In this document: piece by piece, positions 22,001 to 34,100 of the stretch
How positions within the stretch are numbered: the first letter of the stretch is position 1
Layout of the letters: every line of letters starts with the position of its first letter
Assembly (NCBI GenBank): GCA_965644315.1
Contig: CBFFRQ010000081.1
Location: 186,001 to 250,000, forward strand
Direction of reading: 5' to 3'
DNA: 64,000 nucleotides
Source: Caecitellus pseudoparvulus
Taxonomy: Eukaryota; Protista; Bigyra: Bicosoecida
Translations under genes and position numbers: made by a program
Notes under the pieces: generated by a model
Database searches by the model: none
Seen by the model: the letters and a program-made list of their open reading frames with translations, nothing else
Told to the model about the DNA's origin: nothing

Positions 22001-25000
22001 ACTCGCCCCACTCGCCCCAGCCCCGCCGACGCTGGCTGCCAGCCCCACAATGGCCAGGCGCACAGCAGTGTGCTCCGCAGCTGGCGTGTGGGGAGAAAGG
22101 CATGGGTGTGCAGTGGCCAGCACTCTGCCTCGAGGGGCCGCTGAGCGCACCGCCCGAGACGCCGCGGTCGCAGCGAAGCAGCTCGCATCGCCGACGGCAG
22201 CTGCACCGGGCAACCCCGCGGCGACGGACGTGCCCACGGCAAAGCTGGTGAGCAGGAGGCCCTTGCTGGGGGCAGCTGAGGGAGACGCGTTCAGACACGT
22301 TGAGCCCAGGACCGCCCCGTCTTTTGCACTGACCGCCACGGCGTGGCACTTGGTTGAGGCCACGACGGCCACGGACAGGCCGTGCTGCGTGGGGGCTGGG
22401 CTGGCCAGCGCACTCACGCCGATGTGAGGCAGCCAGGCCCCAGCGTCTGGCGCAAGCTCAGACAGAGAGTGAGACCAGGCAGGCGTGGTTGTCAGGGCGC
22501 CCTGGGCCCAGTCCCACGCAAAACCAGCAACGGTGGTGGGCGTGAGCACTACAAGACAGGGGGAGCGGGGACTGCCACACCACGCGGCAGCGGTGGGCGT
22601 GCCGACCTCGCTGCCCAGCTGCACTGCACAGGCCAGCCGGGTGCCGGCAGGGGCGTGGACGATGGTGGCGTCTGTGGCGTCGCCTTCGGTGGCGGGGGAG
22701 GGCGTCAGCTGGGCGTCATCCCTCACGAACACCTGCAGCAACCCGGTGCCACGGCTGGCCGATGCTGACACTGCCACCACGCCCCGCGCGAAGTGGGGGT
22801 TCGGCAGCCAGGTGGGGGGTGAGGGCTTGGTCGCTGCAGCGGCGCTCTCGCTGGACGCCACGGCGGCCGCCACCAGGTCCGCCTCGCTCTGCCCGTGCAC
22901 CACCGCCAGGTGTTCCATGGGATACCGGTACCCCAGCCCCGACTCAGTGTCGCGCACGACAGCCGTTTCCGGGGCGGCGGGGTCCACGGACACGAACGTG
23001 ACGCTGTGGCCCTTGCGCGGCCCGATGATGACCCGGCAGGAGTGCCCTGGCAGGCTGGGGCGTGTCGGGGACAGCGCCTCCTCTGAGAGGAACTCCACCA
23101 TGCCCAGCGTGACCAGGGTCACATTCCCCGCCGGAATGTCCTCCGCCACCATGGAGTCGATGAAGCCCTCGGCGCCAGTGAAGGGGCCAGACACCACTTG
23201 CACTGCCAGCCCCGCGCACATCCACTTGTGCCACACGCCGCAGTCCAGCACGGTCGCTGAGCCGGAGCCTGGCTCGGCCGCGGCGGCGCCGGAGGTTGCC
23301 TTGCCGCCACCTGCCGCAGGCACCTCGGCGGCACTTGCGCTGCCCTCCTCCACACTCGCTGCAGCACCCTCAGGATTGGCCTCTCCAGAGCCCTCGGGAG
23401 CAGCCTCGCCGGTTGCCGCCGCCGGGTCGCCTGTGGGGAGGAGGGCCCAGCTGGACCCAGATGGTCGCACGCCCTGCCCCCGCGCTGCGAGCTCCCTGCA
23501 CGACACATCGCGGGTGTAGGTGTCGGCGAGAGTGCAGGCCAGGTCACAGGGGTCGCTGGCGTCGCCCACACGCGCACTGAGGCTGGGGTGCTGCGAGATG
23601 GCGCAGGACATGCCAGCTGCCAGCGGCAAGGGCAAGGTCGTCACCAGCGCCGCATCGCTGTCCGATAGCACAGCGGACCGCGCACCGTGGGCCTCAGGGG
23701 GAACCGTGCCAGCCACCTCACCGTGGGGTTGCAGGTCCATGGCTTCCTCTGGGCCGCTGACCAGGTCGCACGTGACGAGCGTCGCAGAGGTGCCGGCCGA
23801 CAGAGCCACTCCGTCCCCGTGCGAGTTGACAGAGGCGGGGAGTGGGCCGGGAATGGGGCACTGCCTCCGCAGCAGAGCCAGGCAGCGTGCCAGAGGCACG
23901 TTGTCCGCCGACGGCGCACCGCCAATGAAGTCTGCCACTGCGGCCGTGGCGTCGAACTCCGGGTCGAACGCGGCGACGACGCTGACGCCGCCGATGCTGC
24001 TGTCAGCCACGGCCACGTCCGCTGCGAAGATGTTGCGCAGCTGCAGGGCGGGCGTGTCCCCCCGCACACCCTCCTTGACGAGGGGCGCCTCCTCAGGGTG
24101 TCCGATGAAGTAGCCACAGGCGGCGAGGAGGCCGGCTCGGCGCCGCAGGGCAGTCTGCTCAGCCAGGGCGGCAGAAGCCCCCCCATACGCCTCTGCTGCC
24201 ATGCGCCGCTCTTCAAACGCGGACACCACGGCCTGCAAGGGGTGGGCTGGGGGTGCGCTGTCGGCGCCGGCGTCGGCGAAGATGAGGCCATCGAAGGCAG
24301 CGTCTGAGCTGGGGCCCTCCTGCAGCTGCGAGGGGTGCAAGTCCACCACGTGCAGCAGCTGCGCCAGGCGCACGTGCTCCTGTCGGAAACTCGCGTCAGA
24401 GAAGTCCTTCACGAGGGTGGCCACAGAAGCGGGCCGGTGCAGTGCCAGCACTGCCTCGGGAGCCAGAGACAGGTAGGCAGTGTTGGCCTGGGCCCACACC
24501 CATGCCATGGCGCGGCGACCAGGGCAGCTGGTGGTCTGCAGGGCTTCGTACAGCATCAACAGGGACGTGCTGGGGTCGGCGGTGGTGAACGCGCACCGCA
24601 CCACGCTGGAGTCGCCCTGGCTGCAGTTGAGGCCAGCCTGCAGCGAGGCTGCCAACTCCCCTGCCGGGCCCACTGTTGCGTCGGATGACAACTTCGCCAG
24701 AGCTGCCAAGAGGTCGGTGGCCTCGGCACGGCTCAGCACCAGCTCCTGCGTCGCCAGACTGCCTGACGCATCCACCACCGGCTGGGCAGGGAGTGCTGCG
24801 GCAGCGATGGACACAGCATCCTGCACAGAGCAAGGAGACGAGTGTGGGGGCTTCTGTGGCACTCACCATGGCCGGGGCAGGGCAGAGGAGGCAAAACCAC
24901 TCACGGAGTTTGGGGCAAGGGCGACGCCGCCATCGGCTCCAGCAACAACCACCGGGTCGTGCCCGGCTACCTTGGCCGCGTGCAGGCCGGGCAGCGCTGC

Positions 25001-25152
25001 AGTGGATGGAAGGAAGGCGCTGCTCTTGCCGTCGACGACAGAGACAGTCTGTTGGGCCGGGAAACAGGGAGTGTGTGCGCATGGAGCTGACCCACCACGC
25101 CAAGTGTGCACAGGCGTCGCACCGTCAGTCCTTGCGCGCCAAGCAGCAGCAT
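7067..25152 (-). CDS. Giant BIRC6/BRUCE-type E2(/E3) ubiquitin-conjugating enzyme, ~5,975 aa, with C-terminal UBA
   Basis: UBC domain GPDNTPYDSGAFVFDIYC...[20 protein letters not shown] (Cys codon 7964-7966). BIRC6-like FWAKGTGYG and SCLLPVLQAYLR segments upstream. Proposed exons 25152-25123, 25048-24905 and 24820-7067 (introns 74 and 84 nt). Confidence 0.85.
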
Positions 25153-25478
25153 TCGCTGCCGATCGCCATCGGCAGTGCTTGTTGCTTGATATGATAGGGG
25201 GGCTGCCACGACAGAGTGCGCGCCGAGGCCGGAAGGGAGCCTGTGCGAGGCTGTCGCCCGCAGCGCTGAGGAGGCACCTGCCATTCCGCAAGGGTGCTTT
25301 CCGCAACGCCGAACGCGAGCCTCACAGGTGCAGCCGGGGCACTGAGTGAAAGATGGGAGCACCCAGCAGCTGCACTTTATGCACCCAGAGCCAATGAACA
25401 GGTTTGGGAATGAATTGTACCAGAGCTGCGCCCGTGGTCTTCTCAGGGTCGCCGGGGCTGGCGCCTTGCTCGGCTGCC

Positions 25479-26333
25479 CTACACGAACTCAGTCTGCTTG
25501 CGTGCGCCCTTGAACGCCTTCTTGGCCGTGCGTACAAGGGCAGCTTGTTGCTTGCCGCCCTTGGCGCCCTTGGCCCTGTCTTGCCAAGTGGACTTGCGCA
25601 GCTTCAGGGGGCGCTGCCCCACCAGCTTGCCTTGCATCTCCCGCAGCGCCTTGGCGCCTTGCAGGGGGTCCAAGAACGACACGAAGCCATACCCAGCAGC
25701 CTTGCCGTCCTTCTTTCGGATGGCTTTTGCTTTGGCGAAGGAGGAGTACTTCGCAAACGCCGCCGCCAGGACTGCATCATCCACCTCGTTCCCCAGCTGC
25801 CCGCAGAAAATGCGAAAGTCGTTGTCTGGCCATTCTGCCAAGGAGGCATCCTCCCATACTTTGCCAGCTGCGACTCGCACAGTCTTGTTCACCGCTGGGC
25901 CTCTCTGCGCCTGTGGTGCGGGCGTGCTGCTCGGCCGTGCCCGGGAGGAGGCTTGGCCAGTGCCAGCAACGGCAGTGGCACGCGCAGCCATGGGGGTTGT
26001 GGAGGGCACACTCGGAGCCCTGCTCGCAGTGTATGTGGGCCTGCTGGAGTTGGCTGCTTGCGCTGGCCGGTACACTGGGTCAGCACGAGGGCGCTTGCGG
26101 CTTGGCTGAGCTGGAGCAAAAGCCGCAACTACGGGGGCTGCAGGCGCCGGTGCTGGAGCTGGGGGCGCCGCTGCAGCAGATGAAACATCGGCAGACTCGC
26201 CCCCATGCCGAGCTCGCTTGGCATCGGGGGGTTTCTGGGCTGCGTCATCGTCTTGAGGCTCTGCAGCAGCAGTGGAAGGCGCGGGCGCCAAGCCTTCGAT
26301 GGCTGCTGCAAAAGCCGCAAACTCGTCGTCCAT
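25479..26333 (-). CDS. RBM42: RNA-binding protein 42-like (single RRM, spliceosome-associated)
   Basis: RVAAGKVWEDASLAEWPDNDFRIFCGQLGNEV...GYGFVSF...ALREMQGKLVGQRPLKLRKSTW. Start taken at MDDEFAAF (26333). Confidence 0.9.
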   Translation of the reverse strand: MDDEFAAFAAAIEGLAPAPSTAAAEPQDDDAAQKPPDAKRARHGGESADVSSAAAAPPAPAPAPAAPVVAAFAPAQPSRKRPRADPVYRPAQAANSSRPTYTASRAPSVPSTTPMAARATAVAGTGQASSRARPSSTPAPQAQRGPAVNKTVRVAAGKVWEDASLAEWPDNDFRIFCGQLGNEVDDAVLAAAFAKYSSFAKAKAIRKKDGKAAGYGFVSFLDPLQGAKALREMQGKLVGQRPLKLRKSTWQDRAKGAKGGKQQAALVRTAKKAFKGARKQTEFV

Positions 26334-26436
26334 GGCAAGGCTCTCCTGACCACCGCAGCGTAGCAGGAGCCCTCCCCGCAGCCTGCGCGCTGTGTCTGTG
26401 CACGAGGCAAGTGCGGGGCGTTTTGAATTGACTCTT

Positions 26437-27665
26437 TCACCTGCTTTCAGGCCGACCAGTGAGGCCCATTCCGTGCCGCACGCCAACCATAGTCTGGCTC
26501 GCTACCTCGCTTGCCTTGCTCGCACCTTGCGCCAGCGCCGCTTCCACGGCCGTGTGGTCCCGCAACAGGGCCTCATATTCGCGCCGAATGGGCTCCACCA
26601 CTGCAATCACCGCCTCTGCGAGGTCATTCTTGAACACAAGAGAGTCCTTCGAGTCGTACTCAGCTGCCAGCTCAGCCGGGCTGCTGCCTGCAGGGTGCAC
26701 TGCGGAGAATATGCGGAGGAGATTGGCCCGCTCAGGGCGAGTGTCGGGGTCATACGTGACCCCTGGAAGGGCGTCTGTCTTGGCTTTGCGGAACTTGCGC
26801 CGGATGGTGTCGGGGTCATCTGTCATGTTGATGCGGCCGCTGTCCACGGGGTCAGACTTGGACATCTTCTCTGATGCGTTTCGAAGGCTCATAATGCGCT
26901 CAGATCCCTGCCCAGTCGGCAACACGGCCTTGGGGAGGGGGAAGGGCGGGGCCTGCCCGCCTGCCTCGCTGGCAAAGCGCGAGTTCCAGGTGATGGCAAT
27001 GTCTCGCGCCAACTCCAAATGCTGCCGCTGGTCGTCCCCTACAGGCACCTCGGTGGCCCCATACAGGAGAATGTCCGCAGCCTGCAGCACGGGGTACGAC
27101 AGCAGGCCCAATGATGCAGCGTTGCGGTGCTTGGCAGACTTTGACTTGAACTGCGTCATGCGTTGCAGCCACTGCAGCGGGGTGATGGCGGTAAAGTACC
27201 AACACAGCTCAGCGTGGTATGGAACCTGCGCAAGGGGGTGGCGTGGTACGGAAGGGGTGCTCCGGCATGTGTCGGACGCCACCTGCACTGTGGCATCCGT
27301 ACTGCTGACTGCCTGAACAGGGCACTGCGGCTTGGGTCGATGCCACACGCCAGCAACATCGCTGCCGAAGCACTGCGCTTAGAGGAGCGGGAAACCAACA
27401 TGCAGGGTATTGCCAGACTACGGGCCGCAAGGAGGCAGTCGAAGCGACTTGTCATCACGCACTGGGTCTGCTCGCGCAGCTGCTGTGGCTCATACGGCAC
27501 AGTCATGGCGTGCAGGTCCACCAGGGAGTAAAACGCGTGTGTGGTGGTGTCCCCTTGATTGGCAGCCCATTGCCGGAGTGCGCCCAGGTAGTTCCCAAGC
27601 GTAGGCATGCCTGTCGGCTGGATGCCTGACAAAATGCGCCGCTGGGCTGAAATGACGGAAGCCAT
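26437..27665 (-). CDS. WARS2: Tryptophanyl-tRNA synthetase, bacterial/mitochondrial type (3 exons)
   Basis: ILSGIQPTG-x-PTLGNYLGA, VDLHAMT, YPVLQAADILLY, VPVGDDQRQHLELARDIA, KMSKS. Introns 27373-27462 and 27226-27302. Confidence 0.93.
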
Positions 27666-28140
27666 GCCTTCCCTAACTAGCTAGCAGAGGGTGAAGTCTG
27701 TTAAGTGAGGAGCAATTTCCGCAGCTGCCCCTACGCGATGCCTACGAGCGTGTCAAGCACAGACTGGCATGCACCAACTGGACCCCCCATGTGTTGCATT
27801 GCGGTAGCACCCTGCGCACTGGTTGGTCTCGCTGAATTGTGCAGAAGGGCGAACAGTGCTCGCCCTGGACCTCGGCCAGCGCAACATTCGCCGCAATCGA
27901 GCAGACACAAGCCGCCTCCTTTGCCGCGTGCCAGATGCAGGGGGTGGGCAAATTCCCCCGGCCAGCGCACAAAACCGTTTTCAGACAGGGGTACGAGTGC
28001 CGCCCGCCACACTCGTCGCCCTTCCATGGACAGCTGAGAGCCCGCCGAACGACAGCGAACTTGTGTGTGCAGATCCCAGTTGCAGAGGCGAAGACTAGGA
28101 GAGCGCCCTGCCGCCTGCAGGCTGCAAGGGCCGAGCAAGC

Positions 28141-31100
28141 ATGGCTGCCCGGGGTGGAAGTGGAGAGGGGAGTGATTCACATGCCCCAGCGGCGCCCAAA
28201 CCTTCCGGCATTGCAAGCCGGCAACTGCTGTACCCTGGCAAGCGCCTGGTGGTGTTTCATGGACCTGTGCTGAAACGCAGCCGTGTGCTTCGCGTGTGGA
28301 ATAACCGGTACATGGTCCTCTGCCTGGACTGGCACAAAGGTTTCCTGCTGGAGTATTATCGCTGGGATGCCTCCAGTGCCTTGCCAGGCGATCAGAGAGG
28401 CATGGGCGGCAGTCACTGCTGGTCTGACACGCCGACGGCACAGCGGCGGCTGGATCCTCGCTGCCTGGGCGAGCGGCGGGGTGAGATCCGCCTCTCAGGG
28501 TACATGCGCGTGGAAGCCAGCGATGCCCGTGCCATGGCATGGAAGATCATAGATGACTCCAAGGTGTTTGAGGGCATCCGCCTCGCTGCTGAGCAGCAGG
28601 CGTGGCGTGATGCGTGGGTCCGTGTCTTGGGACGGGCAGTGGGGCAGCAGCCGCCGCTGGACTTGCTGGACCTGCCAGCGCCGCGCCAAGGCTCCACCGT
28701 CGTGCCCACTGTGGCCCCACGGGCGCACAAGACGCTGTCTCCGCCCCTGGCCCGCAGCAGGGCGGGGGAGCCAGAAGAAGACCGCACGCGGCGCCAAAGC
28801 CACAGCATGCTCGAGCGGTCAGCCTCACAGCGCTGGCATAGCAAGCCTGGATTCCTCTTCGTGCGCGTACTGCGTGGGCGGGCCATGGGGGCTTTGACCA
28901 GCCACCCCACGGCGGAGCCTTTCGTGGTTCTGTCCTGCGGCAAGTGGCGCCTGCGAAGCAGAGTGAGCCGCACGGGGGCATCACAGGCGCCCTCTTGGAG
29001 TGAAACGCTCGCCGTGCCCTGCTCAGGCAGCACGCAGCGCTTCATAACTCTGGAGGTGTGGGATCAGGACGCCAAGCGTAGCCCGGGGGAGGGCCCGAAG
29101 TTCCTTGGCCGAGCTGTGCTTGCACAAGCCCGGTTGAGCCGGCGCACGCAAGTGCTGTGGCTGCCCCTCGCCGGGCGGTCTGCCCGGGAGTCAGCCGGCG
29201 CGGAGTTCGGAGCAGTCACGCGAACACCCACTGAGGACCAGGCACATGCGCAAGGACCCCCCCTCCCCCAGCGCCCTGCTCTGCAAATTATGGCCTGGTG
29301 CACAGCGCAGCCGCAGCATTGGATGCAGGAAGTGTTCCGGAGCGTCAGCGCTCTGCCTGTCATGCGGCTTGGGTCAGCGTGGCCACTCTTTGGAGTTCGA
29401 ACACAGTTGCCAACCCTGCCGCTGACAGAAGCTGCGTATGTGTCAGGTCTGGTGCGCCGTGATCGCCTGGCAGGAGAGGATGGAGCCTTGGCTGGTGGGC
29501 TGGTGGGCGAGAGCGTGGAAGATGTAGCAACTGTCATTTTGCGGCCCTTCACTGATGCAAAGGGCGGTGTCTTTCCCGGCACCCTTATTCTAACAAACTT
29601 CCGAATTATGTTCATCCCTTCCACGGTCACGAGCGACACGATGAGGCAGGTTCGAGGCCTGCACTCGGCATACACTTCAGCGGCAGGGGTCGCTGTGGGG
29701 GGCGGTGGAGCGGCCCAGCCAGCCCTGCACGCCGTGCCCCGACCGCGGGCGGTTGGGCCGCCGCTGTCCTTTGGGGCGGACTCCCACCGCACCTTCGTCA
29801 CGGTTGATAACCGCTCTGGATTCCAAGACCATGGTGCCACCATGGCGTTTCAGATTCCCCTTGCGCTGATACGGCGCGTGGAGATGAAACACAACCGCGA
29901 ATTCGAGGGCGTGGAAGCCGATGCATCAGGACTCCCTGGCCCACACATGCAAGAGCATGCACTGTCCGCGGCCTTCAGCATGGGCTCGCCAGAGGAAGAA
30001 ATTTCGCTGGAATGGCAGTCAACCAGCGAGCACGGCTCCGCTCTTCGCAGGGGTGGCCGAGCTGCCAGCGCTGCTGCATCCCGGCCAAGCAGGCAGCATA
30101 CCACACCACACGCCTACATGGCGCGGCGTGGTAGTGACTCGGCCAGCGACTCATCCCATGGAAACTCAACAACCGCCCGCACAAAGCGACCCTCCGCCAT
30201 TCACGCACAGGCAATCGGGTCGGCGCGTGCCAGCGCGCCGGCACTGGTGTCTGTGGCCAGCAGCGATGACTTGACTCAAGGTAGTGGCGGTCACTCCCCC
30301 ACTCGGCAAGGGAGAGAGGAGGGAGGCGAAGGAGGTGCAGGCAGTAGCACGCTGGATGGCGTGGCATGGAGCCGTGCTGATACTGACCGATCAGCTGTTC
30401 GCGAGGCCTCAAGGCTTGGAGAACAGGCCGACTCCCTCGCCTTGGAAGTGACCACAGACGGCGGCACTGTCGGGCCCGGACGCAGCTCGCTGCTGCAGCC
30501 AGGAGCGGCGTCAGCACGTCATGTGCCGCAAGCTGCTGCCTCGCCGGTTGCACAGGCCGAAGTTCAGGACAGCCCTGATGCAGATGGCCCTTCCCATGTA
30601 TCAAGGGTGGAAAACGGCCCTCTTCCCACGTTGAAGTTAGTGTGTGACCACTTTTGCACACCTCGCTTCATCTTTCAGGGTGATGGCCCCGCCGCTGCCC
30701 ATGCCGGTGCCCTGCTCCCGGAAGCACTCATGCCTGACGCACGCCACCTCGCGAAACCGCAAGCTGTGTGCTCCCGCATTTTCCGCCGCCTGTCCTACGC
30801 ACAAGCAGTGGCTGTAGAGCATGAAGAGCTGTTGCAACAAGACGCGGTGCTGTCCCTCACTGCAAAGCAAGCTCGAGGTCCCAGCCTGTCCCTGCCCTGC
30901 AGTCCAGCTGCGGGTACAGCCAGCGTTGACGGCGCTGATGATGCCTTGCCAGACCTCTCAGGTGAACCTTTTACCGGTGTCAGCGCCGAGGGCAGCGGGC
31001 CGCTAGGCTCTCCTCCCTCATCCTGCAGGCAAGAGCGGCCTGTGCCCGATTTCGTCGTCGCGTCCTTGTCGAGCAACGTCTGGAACCCGAGCACGGAAGC

Positions 31101-34100
31101 CGCCAGGCAGTGTGTATCGCCGGCTTATTGGTCCATGACTGGGCTTAATAGCAAGTTCAAGCTCTGCGACTCGTACCCGCCGTTCCTTCTCGTTCCCGCG
31201 AGCCTGGACGCTTCCACTGTAAAGGGCTGTGCGGAGTTCCGGTCACGGGGCCGCCTCCCTGCCCTCACTTGGCACCATCCAGGCAATGGCGCAACCATTG
31301 TTCGCAGCGCGCAGCCCCTCGTTGGTTTGCGCGGGTCGCGGAGCCCAGATGATGAGGCGATGCTCGACGCTATCCGCCTGGCCTGCCCCCGCCCGAACAG
31401 TCGCCTGATCATCCTGGACGCCCGCCCCAAGCTGAATGCTCAGGCAAACGCAGTGCAGGGCAAAGGATTCGAAGCCTGTGGTCCAAAGGGTGCATATGCG
31501 AATGCCCGCATTGCATTCATGAACGTGGAGAACATTCACGTCATGCGCCGCTCGCTGGATGCCCTGCATGCCATGCTCAGCCGCGTGCCAGAGGCGGTCC
31601 TGACCAATGCCGCGGTATCCAGCACTGCTGGGACGTCCAGCGAGGCAGGTGTTCCACAGCAGTTGTCAAGCAGCATCCGAGCACACAGGACTGCAGCGAA
31701 GCCCCTAGCACAACAGGTCAGCGCCGCGGCGGCAGCTGGGAAGACTCGCACCGTATCCTCCGTGGCCGAATTGACAGCAGAGATGCAAATCGGCCACGAC
31801 GACAGCAGGCAAGTAGCCAGTGAGGGGCACTCTGAAGATGGATACTCGGATGACGTGTCTTCTCCAAGGACGCCCAGGGAAGACTCAAGCTCCAAGCAGG
31901 GTGAGGGCTCCAAACAAGGTTCTGGCTGGTGGAAGTGGGGACGGCACCGCAAACGAGGAGGCAGTGCAGGTGCCATGGGAACAGACTTTACGCCGAAAAG
32001 GTGCCACCGCGCTGGCTCAGACTCGTCTCTGGGGCGTGCTGCTCACCCTCCACTGCCCAAGGTGCACGTGGAGCCTGCCAGCTCTGCAGAGGATAGCTTT
32101 GCAGCCCCTGGCGCTGAGCATGCGCTCCATCCCCCACTGACAGCGCAGAAAGGAGAGGCTGGTGCATTAGGAGCAACAGCTTCGTCGACTCGAAGCCGTA
32201 CAGCCAGCTACGTCACGCTGGTGTACGATGTGGCGGCGCTGCGTCAAGCCGCAGAGCAGACCGCTACTGTGCCTGAGCAAGCTTCGGGAAGTGCAAACGT
32301 TGCGACATCCCCCTCAGCTCGAAAACGCAGCGCATCTGAGCACACGGCGAGAAGTGCGCTCTCCTCTGTGACTCGCTCAGTCTCTGATGCCCTTGCTGGG
32401 CGGGGATGGGGCGGAGCCTCGAAACCCCAACCAGACAGTCGTCCCGCAGCACCAAGCCCCCAAGCCTCCACGCGCACTGAGGGCTCCATTGGAACCGTGC
32501 GCTTTCGTTCTTCGTCAAAGGCGACTGGATACACGCAAGCGGTTCCGGCTTCCCTGCCGCCCTCGGCCACAAGCTCACCGCGCCTGGGACCCAACGGCGC
32601 AGCCTTGCTCAGGGGATTCCCGAGCGGTGCAGAACCAGCCCCGCCAAACCCTGACAGCATTTTGGGGTCCTCATCTAGCAGCGATGAGGAAGGAGATACG
32701 AGCCGTGGAGCGTTGCGCACTTTGCGGGCGGGCGACAGCGAGGGAGCTGCCAGCTCCTCCTTGCGGAGAAAGCAATCGATGTCACGCCGCTCCCGCAGCG
32801 ACGATGCGGCTGATGGAGACAGTTCAGAATCTGAGGTGGGAGGGGGTGGCAAACGGCTGATGCGAAAGCACGCGCGAAGAGCGACAATTTTCTCTGCACA
32901 GCAGGGAATCGGCATGCGCGGGCTGCTGCAGGCAGCGACGGCAGGGGCAAAGTCTCCGGCACTGCCACCGCAAGAAGGCAGTGCATTAGAAGATCAAGCG
33001 CCTCCGCGTGGCTCCCCTGGTGTCTCATTTGTGCCTGACTCGGCCCCTGCGATGCCTGACCTGGAACTTGGCGCCTGTGCTGCTCAGGACTCGGACCAAG
33101 GCAGCGGGCTTGACGGTGGCGAGGCGACCTTGCGGCGCAGCTCGTCGATGAGTGAGGCTCTTCCTTCTTCATCATGCGTTGTGCTTGGCCCTTCAGTGGC
33201 GTCCGGTAGGTCTGCAGCCCACCTGGGTGCCGGCGCCATCCAAGACCTGCGGGACGCAGCCACGGCGGCCATCTTGGCATACACAGGGCTGGGCTCCCAA
33301 GCCGGCAGCAGCCAAGGCTCACTCATTGAGAGCGAGGCAGGACGTCTGCTCAACCGCATGTCACCTGCTGCAAAGAGCATGGCTGAGGCGCTGTCCCCAG
33401 CTGCATTGGACGATGCCGCGGCAGTTGCAGCCGTGGGGGACGCCTGGAGCAGCAGCTTGTCTTCCCTTGCAGGCCGTGTGACTGTGTCACTGGGGCTACT
33501 GGGAAATGATGAGATGTGGCTGCACACCATGGAATCTTCCGGGTGGCTGCGGCACATTTCACTTGTTCTGGCTGCCAGCATTCGACTCGCTCGTCTCGTG
33601 GACGAGTGTGGGTATTCCGTGCTCGTCCATTGCTCTGACGGGTGGGACCGCACGACCCAAATTGTTTGCCTCGCGCAGATTCTCCTTGATCCCTACTATC
33701 GCACAATGGAGGGATTCGCCGTGCTGGTGGAGAAGGACTGGTGTGCCTTCGGGCACAAGCTGCAGGACCGGGGTGGGAGGGGCAGGGGGGGGCGAGGCAG
33801 CCAGGAGGTGTCCCCAGTCTTTCTGCAGTTTCTCGACGCTGTCCAGCAACTCGTGGTGCAGTCCCCTTCTGCCTTCGAGTTCTCACCCTCTTTCTTGTCT
33901 GCCATCGCCATTCACTCCTCGTCGGGCTGGTTTGGCACGCTGCAGTGGAACTCGCCACAGCAGCGCTTCCTCAGCAAGCTTGATGCTGCCCACAGCATTC
34001 TCGCCACGGGACCACAAGGGTACCCAGCACCAGGTACTGCTGAATATTGGTCTGCCATTGTTGACGCAGCAGACCAACTTCCGTGCTTGTGGCGACACCT

